Of a stretch of DNA of 45,121 nucleotides, positions 25,101 to 36,900 are shown in pieces (the stretch's first letter is position 1; each line of letters opens with the position of its first letter). The stretch lies in NCBI GenBank assembly GCA_023231475.1, contig JALJEE010000040.1, positions 1 through 45,121 of the forward strand, in the 5' to 3' direction. Below the pieces are notes generated by a model. It was not told the DNA's origin. It saw only the letters and a program-made list of their open reading frames with translations, and did not search any database. The position numbers were made by a program, and so were the translations under genes. The stretch comes from Seison nebaliae. Its lineage: Eukaryota.

Positions 25101-27442
25101 GGTATATTACCTCGTTTTCAAATAACCATATATTTCCTGGAGATATTTACCTCATCATATTTATCAATTAGAAATTAAAACGGAAAAAACCGTCATATGA
25201 GTGGTTGTATTAATGTCCAATACCCTGAAATATCATAATATCAAAGTTAGATCATTCTTTTATTTTATTGATTTACCGTTGTTTATTGATTTATTGTTTT
25301 TCTTGACTTATTGATCATTTAAAGATAAAATCTGTTAAGTTTGCTTTCCTACGGGAATAAGTTATCTCTCGATTATTGTGTATTGAATAAGTTATCTGTG
25401 GATTGTAACAAGGGAATTGTGTGTTACGTTATGAATTAGATGACAAGTGAAATTGAAAGACTTTCATTTTTCATTTAAGTTTCCTCTATAGCCTCTGTAG
25501 GAAATTGTGGGATGAGCAAATAGAAGAATTTCGTTGTTGGTTCATTGACGGACGTCATACTCCTATCATTTATCTCGGATATGCGAATAAGAATGCATAA
25601 AATACAAAGGTTTATTTAGGAAAACGGTTGAATTGCAACATTTCACGCAATATGTTTCGATTCATAATGAATGATGATTCTATCGATTTTTTATAACAAA
25701 CAAATATATTAAACTATCAAGGTGTAAAATTTTCATAACAATTCATGATTTAATATTTCATTGCTTATTATTTTCATCATCTAATAATGGAATATTCTCA
25801 AATCCATTATGTCTAACTTTCACTTAGTTTATGCACAATTTCATGTATTGTCATAATTGATATGTATGATTCACGCTAACTTCTCAATTAGTTATTTTAT
25901 TAGTTAACATGAAATTGCATGCGATTAATATGATCTTCATAAGATGATAGTATAATTTTTTAAAATTTTCAATGATAACGATTCATAAAATATGAATAAT
26001 AATAGAGTTAGTGGTTGGATATTAAATTCCTAATTATTTTTATGCTACCCACTCAAATAATTCTGTACCGAATTACGGTAAGACACGATCCACTTCACTA
26101 TTATTACTATTATTACCTCCTTATTTAGTTCTTCTTACATGAGACGTTCTTTCTTATAGTTAAAAATAAATTTTGAAAACCTTCTTATCGACGATTTCAC
26201 CTTCTCCTTCGCAACCTAATTTCCACATTGGTAATGGCCACAATGCAATTTTTCACTTCTTATTTCCGCTATTTTTCCGAAGTATTTCAAATGGATCAAA
26301 TAATGAATAATAAGGAATGATCTTTATTGATCATCATCCTTCATTCATCTCATTCGACTAATATACGTATTCTTAGCACATTAACAGATCGACCTTTGGG
26401 GAAATTCTACTTTCTAATTCAAATAATACCATCTGGATTCATTTGAATGATGTGTAATAATCTTTCCAAAATATATTCTTCGAAAATTCTAGGGAGGCGG
26501 GAACACATTCATTCATAAATTATCTCGATCCGTACAAAACGACAGATATTATTCAGATTTAATTCCATAAATGTGAAAAAATAATTTATGATGAAAATTA
26601 TCAATTAATCATGATTAACTAACTATTTCATTGACTATTTTGTTAAGATTTCATAACCATATATTATAGGTCCCATGATTTCCAGTAGACCAAATTAAAG
26701 TGTTATTGTCGTATAACACCATCTAGACCATTTATGTTGGAATATATAAATATATTAATCTTAAATAAAATTTTCATCTTATTCTTCAGCATTAGTCTCA
26801 TGTTGATTGATAATAGAATTTAATTGAATTATAACGTCTATGTTCCATGCAGAGGAAAGTCCAATAACAGGCTAAATATCAAGATTACTTGGAATGTATA
26901 ATGTAATATATTATATTTGATATTATTTGATTCATTGATTCAGGTTAATATATGTATGACCACCAAAGATTCAAAGACATTTGTCATAATTTCACTGTTT
27001 TAGGAACACAGTATGCCATTAGGGACAACAGAATTGTAAAAATTGATAATTCCTGAACCAAGTATCTTTGGTTAAATACATCCTTTAAAATTCAGTTGAG
27101 TAAAAGGAGAATTTTCCCAAATTCCTTTCTATGATAATGTAACAGGTTCTACATAAATTTAAATACACACTCGTTACGAATAAACAATTATTCAAATGGA
27201 TTTTAGGTAGTATCATGTGAATTCGCAAATAAGTTTATTCGATCATAAGAATGATCTCTTAATTTACTATAATAATCCGTTTATCATTTACTTTCACTAA
27301 AAATTACTTGTACTTAAAATTATACTAGTCGGACAATTTTATAATTCTCTAATAATAAATATTATAAAAGTTATTCTCAGAAATTTTGAACATCTTAGTG
27401 AGGAAGGATCATTTATTTTATTCTCATTACATCTTTACAAGT

Positions 27443-28638
27443 ATGATACATGGTTCTCATTCAATTCATTTAGTGAATTATCTTGATGAGCCACTTGGAA
27501 CGACATTAACAATATTTTTGATAATTGAATCAATTGTCGGTTTAATAGGTTGCAATCATTTCCTTTTCTTCTTTTTACTATTATTTCTAGGTAATGGTTT
27601 GGTTATTGGTGCGGTGTTCATTTCAAAAGATCTCAGAAATACTGGAATTGGAGCAATAGTTAATATCGCAATATGTGATTCAATTATTTGTATAATTGTT
27701 AATCCATCAATTATTTTTGGTTAGTTCATTTTGTTGATTTATTTATGGAAATATTATTCAATCTTTAATAAGGTGTCTATATGCCGGCTACTTACTTTTC
27801 AAGGCATGAAATCTTTTGCGACATTTTGGGGAGCATATGTGTGACCGGATGCATCTGCAATGTTCTAAATGTCGTTGTTATCTGCATAGCAAGGTTAGAA
27901 ATTTGTCATTCTTAATATTCCTTCTATCATTATCCTGATTTTCTTTTATTTTGATTACCAAACAGATATGCCCATTTAATGAATAAGAAAATGTTTAACA
28001 AGTTCTTCAATAGTCACGTCAAAGAAATTCTATTAAGCGCTACTACTTGGCTCATTGCATTCGTATGCGATGTTCCTAATTTTTTACAGTGGGGCAAACA
28101 CATATTCGATCATAAAACGCGAATGTGTCATTGGGATCGAACAGGTAAGAGGGAGATATATGCTATCATATTCTCTTGCATATCTTGCTTCTTACCATTA
28201 TGTGTCCTATTTATATTTTATTCGTTAATGTTCCTTCACATAAGAAAATCGAAACTTCGCATTTTCAACAATGCGTCCGAAATGCATCTCAGTGAACGTA
28301 GTCATGATACAAGTACGCTGAATGTTCGTCATGTTAATAAACGGAAACAATTATTCAAGAAGTCCTTACGCATGGCTAAAACACTGTTTTTAATAGTAAT
28401 GGTTTTTGTGATATGCTGGTTGCCATATGGAATTATTACTGTTTTGGATAGGAAAGATTTATTTCCGGCCTGGGTTCATATTTTCGCAATACAGACAGCT
28501 CATTTTAGTATCATACTCAATCCCTTGATATATGGTCTTGCTAACCGAAATTTTCGACGGGCGTATATTCAGCTATTAAGTTTCAACAAATTTTCGTATG
28601 TACGACAAAAGATATTATTAACATGTCCGACCGGTTAG
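27443..28638 (+). CDS. Rhodopsin-family (class A) GPCR, melatonin-receptor-like, paralog 1, about 342 aa
   Basis: Exons 27443-27548, 27591-27719, 27773-27893, 27966-28638 (introns 42, 53, 72 nt). Motifs: TM1 GN, TM2 NIAICD, TM3 IARY, ECL2 FDHKTRMCHW, TM6 FVICWLPY, TM7 LNPLIYGLANRNFRRAY. The extreme C-terminus is uncertain because of a possible extra small intron from GTATGT at 28596. Confidence 0.88.
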
Positions 28639-29438
28639 CAGAATTTTTGTATGAATGCTGCGAAGCCAAGCTGAATGAAATAAATATTTTCCTCTTGGTA
28701 CAAAAGTTGCAAATGATCGAAAACAATGAATCAGAAATATTTTATGTACATTCCAATTTATCTATATTTTTGTTAAATTTGATCGTTACTCACCGAGGAA
28801 ATTTGTATATATTTATTTAAAATAAATGATATTCTCTTATTTAATCCGGTATTTGACTTACTAAAATTGAAAGGTAATATCAAATAAATTTCTGTTTGAC
28901 TTAATTCTATAAAGTGTTTAGTAGAAATATAGAATTTATATTACTAATACTGCATTTACACTACACTACTGGCTCTCCTTCGTACTATCGCTCTAATTTA
29001 CAAAAATTATTATATTCTTCAGATGAGAGAAGAATAATGAATATTTGAATTGATTATTGGTCTTTATTCTTCAGCAAATTCTATTCGTCAATTCAATGCC
29101 CTCCCATATTCAAACGTTTTCTTATCTACTAATTATACAATAGATTGCAAGTCATCAAAATAAAGAAATTAATAGAAGATGATACTAATATATAATAATC
29201 TTTTTCGAAAATTATACCTCCAATCTATTTTTCATCTAAAATATCAGAGATGATTCGCATCATCCTTCCAACATTTAAATATAATTTGTCCGAATACATG
29301 TTCTATTCTATCTCTCCGAAAATTCTTTGTCATTAACAATCCTTTAGATATATTTTGTGCAACCCAAAAAACCATTTACCTAAATTTGTACCAATTCTAA
29401 ATTACCGCTATTTAGTTTTACAGATTTTCTTATTGAGA

Positions 29439-30507
29439 ATGTCGAAAGAAGAATTTATTCCTAGTCATTCATCTTATATCTTGACCGTTTATTTGGTCAT
29501 CGCTTCAATTCTCGGTTTCTTTGGGAATTTATTGATCATTGGCGCTATCATCGTCTCTAAAGAACTCAAACGATCGGGCAATGGCAGTGTTATCAATATC
29601 GCAATAACGGATATTGTGGTGGCAACAATCGTTAATCCGATTACGATTCTTGGTTAGAAATTTCAGTTTCCATTTAAACAAACTTTTCCTAAAGGCATTT
29701 ATATGCCGACTAGTTTCTTTTATAAACATAAATGGATTTGTGAAGTAGCAGGTTGTATTTGTGTAACCGGATGTATCTGCAACATTTTCAATATTGTATT
29801 CATATGTATCACTCGGTTCATTTTCATTAATTACTTCAACTAATTAATTTTTATTCAACAGATATATTCACATGGCTCGAGGGAAATTATATCGTAAATT
29901 GTTTTCACCCGCTTACAAGGAATTAATCATAAGTATAATTATCTGGATTTTAGCATTCTTCTGCGATCTACCCAATTTCCTTGGAGTCGGTGGTCACATT
30001 TTTGATCATAAAACTCGAATGTGCCATTGGGATCGATTGAGTAAAGATGGAAACGTTTACGCTATATTATTCGCATGCATAGCTTGCTTCTTACCAATGT
30101 TAACTCTTTCAATTTTCTATTTACTTATTTTCGCTCATGTTCGTGAATCGAAGAGAAAGGTTGAATGCAAAGATCCGAATTTAAAGAAGAATTCTGGCAG
30201 TTTAAAGAAAAATAAATCGATGAAATCTTCAATACGATTAGCTAAAACATTATTTCTCATTGTTCTCGTATTCATCATTTGCTGGTTGCCTTATGGTATG
30301 GTGACAATCATTGATCGGTTTGACGAATGGCCACATTGGGTACATATATGTTCCATACAATTGGCTCATGCCGGTGTCATTCTCAATTTCTTCATTTATG
30401 GATTAGCCAACAGAAATTTTCGCATAGCCTATTGTCGTATATTGGGCTTGGGTAAATATTTCCCAGAAATCAATTTGGAAACGACAATGGCGTCCACCGC
30501 AAAATAA
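29439..30507 (+). CDS. Rhodopsin-family (class A) GPCR, melatonin-receptor-like, paralog 2, 326 aa
   Basis: Exons 29439-29652, 29695-29815, 29862-30507 (introns 42, 46 nt). Motifs: TM1 GN, NIAITD, ITRY, HIFDHKTRMCHWDR (identical to paralog 1), FIICWLPY, LNFFIYGLANRNFR. It shares a 121-nt TM3 exon with paralog 1. Confidence 0.9.
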
Positions 30508-30703
30508 TTTTTACACTTCTCTTTTAAAACGAATTTCAACACTAATTTAATTGAGGTGTATTTAATTAACAATTTTCTTTTAATTTTTTCTTAATAAAAC
30601 CGACGGTGGTGAAATTGACAAATAGAATTTATAAATTTTATAAACAAGTTCCAATTGTAGGTAATAATAAGATAATATGATCGAAAAGTGGGGATAAATG
30701 TGT

Positions 30704-30846
30704 GGGGGGGGGGACAATTTGAAAAATAGAATTCAGCATTTAAAAATTTCAAAGGAAATTTCTCTAATGAAATCATGTACAATGTATAAGATTGTAAAAT
30801 TGGTGAAGAGAGATAAAAGTGAGAGAGAGATAGAGATAGAGAGAGA
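30704..30846. repeat. G homopolymer and imperfect (GA)n microsatellite between the convergent GPCR2 and MRCK 3' ends
   Basis: G10 run at about 30704-30713; gagagagagatagagatagagagaga at about 30821-30846. Confidence 0.75.
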
Positions 30847-30969
30847 TTAGTATATAGGGAATGTTTTAGAGTTTGTTCGTTAAACATTCGGAAAACTTTA
30901 AATATCAACTAATCAACTAATCGGGTAATGATATGTCATACAAATAAATTGTGTAATTTAAGATAAATA

Positions 30970-33900
30970 TTATGACGCTGATGATGAAGTGGTGGATGAT
31001 GGGAGATAAATTTGTGTATCATTGTATAATTCATAGGAAGGACGTATTGTATCTGTGTTGGAATCAGAGAACTGATTATTCTTCATCGCCAGAGAATTGA
31101 TCTGTTCGATATAATAGTTTGAGGAAGTTGTCGATTGCTTTCTAATCTCATTCTGTTTCATCGTACTAATATTATTGTCATTTGTGTTGATGTGATTATT
31201 ATTAGAAGTAAATCGAAGTTGATTATTTGGTTCTATTACGAATGAAGAAGCATTATTTAATTTCATTTCAGTTTCCATCAAATCGATTTTAGATGTATTG
31301 ATTGAAGAAGAAGAGGAATCAAGAGAAGAATCATTCTCTTTTGTTGCCGTTGTAGTTTTAGAAGGAGAAGAGGAAGATACAGACGAAGAAGTGGAAGCAC
31401 GGTTAATGAATGAATGACCCTTTGACTGATTATTCTCAAGACGACAGCAAGAATAATCGGGTAAGATTAACGTGTAATTGTCGGTGGTAATTTGGAAGTT
31501 GAGAGGCGATAAAGATTTCTTATCTACTCTTGATCTATCAATCTTATTCTCAATTGGACTACATGTCCTTCGATTATATAACTGACTACGAGATAAATGA
31601 TCAGCCGGTTTCTGATGAGAATAAAAGAAGGATAGATTATTTAATTGATCGAACGGATTCTTTGAAACAATTGGCGATTGTTGTAAAGCTAACATCGATT
31701 TACTATAAGCTGAATTGTCTTGATATTTCGAAATATTAACATTATTATTATTATTATTGTTATGATTTAAAATAGATAATCGATTCTTACGAATGTCTTT
31801 ATTATTCGTCTTCTTATTATTATTATTCATATTTATATTATTATTATTATTATTATTATTACTGTTCTTTCTGTTGTTCTTGTTGTTGTTACGCTCGTTA
31901 TTGTTATTATTGTTATTGTTTAAAGAGAATAGAGATGTTGATGATTGTGTTGGTTCAACAATATTCTCTTGAATTGAATCAATTTGATACGACATTGGAC
32001 GGAAAATATTAGATGAGGAATCTTTTGTAGAATTAGTAATTAATTCATTCGTCTTCCGTCGTTCATTCTTCTTGTGTGATAGTTTTATGATTTTCTTATT
32101 GGAACTCTCTCCATTTTTTTCATTCTTATTCATTTCACTCGTGGAGACTAATTCATGCAAATGCTCATTACTCCAATGTGTCAAATGAGAGAAGTCGAGT
32201 GGACGCGATATCAATTTGGATTGACTTTTCGAAAATTGTCCTTTCATCACATTCTTATTAACATTCACCGATTGTGTATTCGAATAAATCGAATTTAATA
32301 TTAAATTATTCTTTTTTCCTCCACTAAACAACTGAGAGAATTTTCGATGATTCGATTCATTATTCTCATTATTCGTTTCGTTACTTGTCGTTGACGTCAG
32401 ATAGAAAGCATTCATCCCATCAATATGTGTTGGTTGTTTACCAACTGTCTTATTATTCCGTTGTTCTGTCAACGAGTCAAGCGATGATAATGATTCTTTT
32501 ATTTCGTTCATATTCTGATTATTCACATTCTGCAACAAAGACGATGACGATGATTTCGCATCAATCGTTGAAATTGCCATTTCACAAACCGATAATTTTG
32601 ATGTTGTTGTTGTCATTATTGTGGTATTAGTAGTATTGACAGAAGTATAATAACTTGAAAATTTTCCCGTTCTATTTCCAACATATTTCTGTAAATAACT
32701 TTTAGCCACTTGAAATTTAGATGATGTGCAATTTGATGAAACAGTTGTCGATTGTAAAATTGGAGCTGGAATAAGAGTTAGCAAGTCATCTGATTGTCTC
32801 ACATTAAACAACGAAGATTCGGAATTGTTCTTCAGTTTATTCTCTTTCATCATTTGATTATCATTGATCATTTGCAGGAATTTATTCTGATCTATCGGTG
32901 CGATCTCGGACATGAATGGATTGAGTTTTCTATTTATTTCTTCTGGTGATGAGTTTGTTGTTTGTCTAAAGAAAAAGAAAAAATTAAATTTCCATAATAT
33001 ATTTTTATCATTTCCATTGAAACTGAATGGAATTAGTAGGCGATCAATCGATTAAATATTAAAGAAAGCGGAAATCATAAAAATCGAAGAATTTTTTTTG
33101 GAAGTAATCGATCAAAGCAAAAAACAAACAAAAAAAATGAAGCAAGAAGAACACGAAAAGAAGATGTTCACCTTTATCCAGACAATTTATATCTGAAATT
33201 GAATAAAGATGTTTCGTTTTTCCTGTCATTCGATAAATGACAAAATTCCTTTTTCCCATAATAAGGAAAAGTGAAATAGAAAAGAAACAATTATTAGAAT
33301 TCCCATTAAATTTCCAAACAGTTTTCTTGAAAATTCAAGAAAAAATAATTCCAAAAACAAAAAAAAATTTTCGGAAAAATTTTGATAATAAAGAAATTTC
33401 TAATTTGTTTTTTATGGAGAAGAACACAATAAATATATATGGATATTTATATATTTCTTTTTAGATAATCAAACAATTTTAAATAATTTCTACAGATAAA
33501 TTTGAAAATTACCCAAAAGGAGAAGGAAATAGATGAATCAAATTGTCGATAATAAAATTAATTACATTGATGATGTTTCCGTCGCAAGATTGGTGGTGGT
33601 GAACGTAAATTGGCTGAAATTATCAGATTATTATTATTATTCTCATTCTTATTTAATTTTCTTTGAAATAAATTTTTGGGTTTCTCTTTATTCCATTGTC
33701 CATTTTTCTTCAACGACTTTTCATCAGTTGTCGTTGATTTTTCTAGAATTGATTTCGAATGTTTCATGTTGAGTTTCTTCGTTTTAGTTTCCATTGATAG
33801 AATATAATCTAATGCCGAATTGGATATCGATTCCGTTAACATAAATATATCATCATTCTGATTCAAATCATCTGCCAATGATGGAGTACTGAGAGATGTG

Positions 33901-36900
33901 ACATTACTCGTTTGTGGTTCATGTCCAAGGATCGTAACAGATTTGGAACTAATTTTGGGTGAATCAGTAACATCAGAATCGTTTTTCTTTAGAAAATTCT
34001 CGTCAGTATATTTGCGATTTTGAAACCGTTTCTTATTATTTGATGGCTTCGACGATTTCATATTGTTTGAAAAACATTCATCATTCTCGGTAACTTTGAA
34101 TGAATGAGATTTGAGAAATGCTCTCGTGGAACTTAATTGAGTTGAAGCAGCAACTTCCGGATCTTCCGATGATGACGATGATAATTGAGTTGGTCGATGA
34201 AATTTCTCATTCCATAAAATTCTCGCTTTCAATTTATTCTTTTTATCATATAATGTCGTTCCACAATTGTCGATGATATTTTTCACTTTATTTTCATTTT
34301 TCATTAAATTACTTAATGTGAGAATTGTTGAAGAATCTTTCATTCTTTTCCGAATATTCTCCGCTGATGACTCTCGACAATTCTTTGACGATTTCTGTCT
34401 CAATGACATAAATGAGAATTTTGGTTTATCAGGCAATTTCGTTAAAGTTGCGCTTTTCATCTGATTCGAATTAGCAAATGTATCCGAATTCGTTTTGATG
34501 ACAGCTAATCTGGAAGATAACTGTGAACTATATTCTTCAATTTGACGTTCGAACGGTAAATAATCATCCTCGTCTTTGACAAATCTCTCATTATTAGATT
34601 TGTGATCGTCTGATTTTTGATCAGGATTCTGAGACGAAAATGAGAAATCATCCGTCTGAAATTGATTGATCGATGTGATTTCCATTGAATCGGAAACAAT
34701 TTCATTTTTATCTTCCTGATGATGTAAGGTATGAACATCTTTCAACTTTCTAGAATTTTCATTGTGAACAATATTGGTGGTATTATTATCATAATCACTT
34801 GGTATGGTTAGAGAGTAGACGGGTTCATTCGTCCAATCGGAATCATTAAACGTTTCAGAAGAAGTTGATTGTACTTTTTCAAGTTTAGTTAATTTTTTAT
34901 GATCACTTGAATTCGATGATATATGATGAAATTAAAGAAGAATTATTTCAAATATCTTTCTTTCTCTCAAATAATCTACCGATAATTATCGATATTCTAT
35001 AACAATATCAATTTCTCCAGGAATTAAATTTCCTTCAATAAATTTTTTCATGATAATCACATCATAATCCTTAATTACATAACTTCACACTTCATCCATC
35101 ACAAATATATATATATATTATATTAGAAAGATTATGTTTCTCTGTTTATTTTTACCATATGAATAATTTGTTACGAAAGGAGATAAAGTGAAAAGTTCAT
35201 ATTCATCCTCATCTGGAAGAACGTGCCATTCCTCATCATCATGAAGGATGATGGGCGTCATAATTAATAATTCATAAGAATAAGTTACAATAATAAAAAG
35301 ATTGGAGAGAAAAGAGGATGATAATGATGATGATGATGAGACGAGACGAGACGGATTATGATATTATTTAGATTAAAGTTTATAAAATTGGACGAGAATA
35401 TAGATAGAAAGTAAAGAAAGAAGCAAATAATGACAGTTATCGGAACACAACCTTTGGATTTTTTGCATTTTCTCATTCGATTCTTTCGTTGACCGATATT
35501 CGGAGTTCTTCGATGTGAGAGGAATATTGGCGATATGAGACACATTCGTCAAATTGTCATTGACATTCGACAACGTCGAACTTCCTGTTGAAGCGACATG
35601 TGTCAAATGAGTGAAGTTTGTTGGAGCACTAATCAATGCTTTACGATTACTAAAAAGAGAAATTATTGAGGAAAACAATTTGAAAAAATTAACTTTCTCC
35701 GACGTAATTCTGCTTCTTGTTCATCACTTAATATGGCTGATGGTTTTCCACCGTTTTTTGTCATGAAAGAAAATCCTTTTTTCCCTATCTTCATTGACTT
35801 CATTCGATGATCTGTTTCCATAAGACGATTAATAAAATATAATAGAGAATAAAATTTAACCATATTTTTTTGAAAAATTCGTTGTCAATAATTTTTTATC
35901 GAGATAATCATGAGCAGTGATTACTATTAGAATGAATGATGGAAATATATAAAGGAAATATTTAAAGGTTAAACGTTCGAATTCTATTGAATTGTCTAAA
36001 TTAAATTGTGATTCTGACGTGGCAGTTAAGGTTGGGGAAATGTATAATAATTTTGTACTTTTATCGAAGTCTTCAAGTACTGCAGTATAAATGCTGGATC
36101 CGTTGAGACAATTTAACTGAAGGAAAGAAGGAAATGAATATAAAATGAGAGAATAAATGGAAACTTTTTGTAAATGAACAGTTTGTGTCCAATCACCTTC
36201 AGAGAGATTATAAACTAGTGTCAATTTCGAGAAATGATTAAAGATGAGTAGACAATTTGAATTTTTAATGTAGTTGATGTTAGTCGAGTTATGGATAGTG
36301 AAGGGCCAAGATAAATGATAATTTCTTGAGAAATTGCCATTAGTATCGAGGAATAAGGCGAAGTGGTTTGTTATGAGAATCAGTTCCTTGTCAGAGAGTC
36401 GATGAATAGAAAGGATACGTACAGTCTCTTTCCACGACGTATCAATTGATTGAACTTGATTATTATGTTGAAATGGATTTGTTGAATAGATATGGAGATT
36501 GAATAAGATTTGACAATGATCTTTGTTACATTCGATTCGATGAAGGAAATCGAATGGTCGAAATCGATAGACAATTCCTTTTTCTGTTAACAGAATCAAT
36601 TCATTACAATTGATTTGAATATGGTCGATATTGAATGGAAGATGAAGTTCATTGATACGTCGATATCTCGGCTTATTTTGTATCAATTCATAAATGGTGC
36701 ATTCACTTCGACGGAAATAAATGACAATCAATAAAGTTTGCTCATTATTTCTCATAAGTAGAAGTTGAATAGGAATTCGATTGTCAATGATTTTGAAATA
36801 ATCAATTTTCTGTTGCTGATCTGAAGATGACTTGATCAACGGATATCGATTGCCATCACCCTCATCAATAGCAACATCATTTTTCGATATTAGTTCATTT

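Noticed and set aside
27443..30507. Opsin identity for the GPCR pair
   Set aside because: The position equivalent to the retinal-binding Lys296 is His in both (AHFSIILN, AHAGVILN).
33172..33192. 21-nt micro-exon candidate (TTTCAG|...|GTGAAC) on the minus strand in MRCK
   Set aside because: It contains a stop in the phase needed after the CRIB exon, and in the open phase it does not join the 32966 acceptor in frame.
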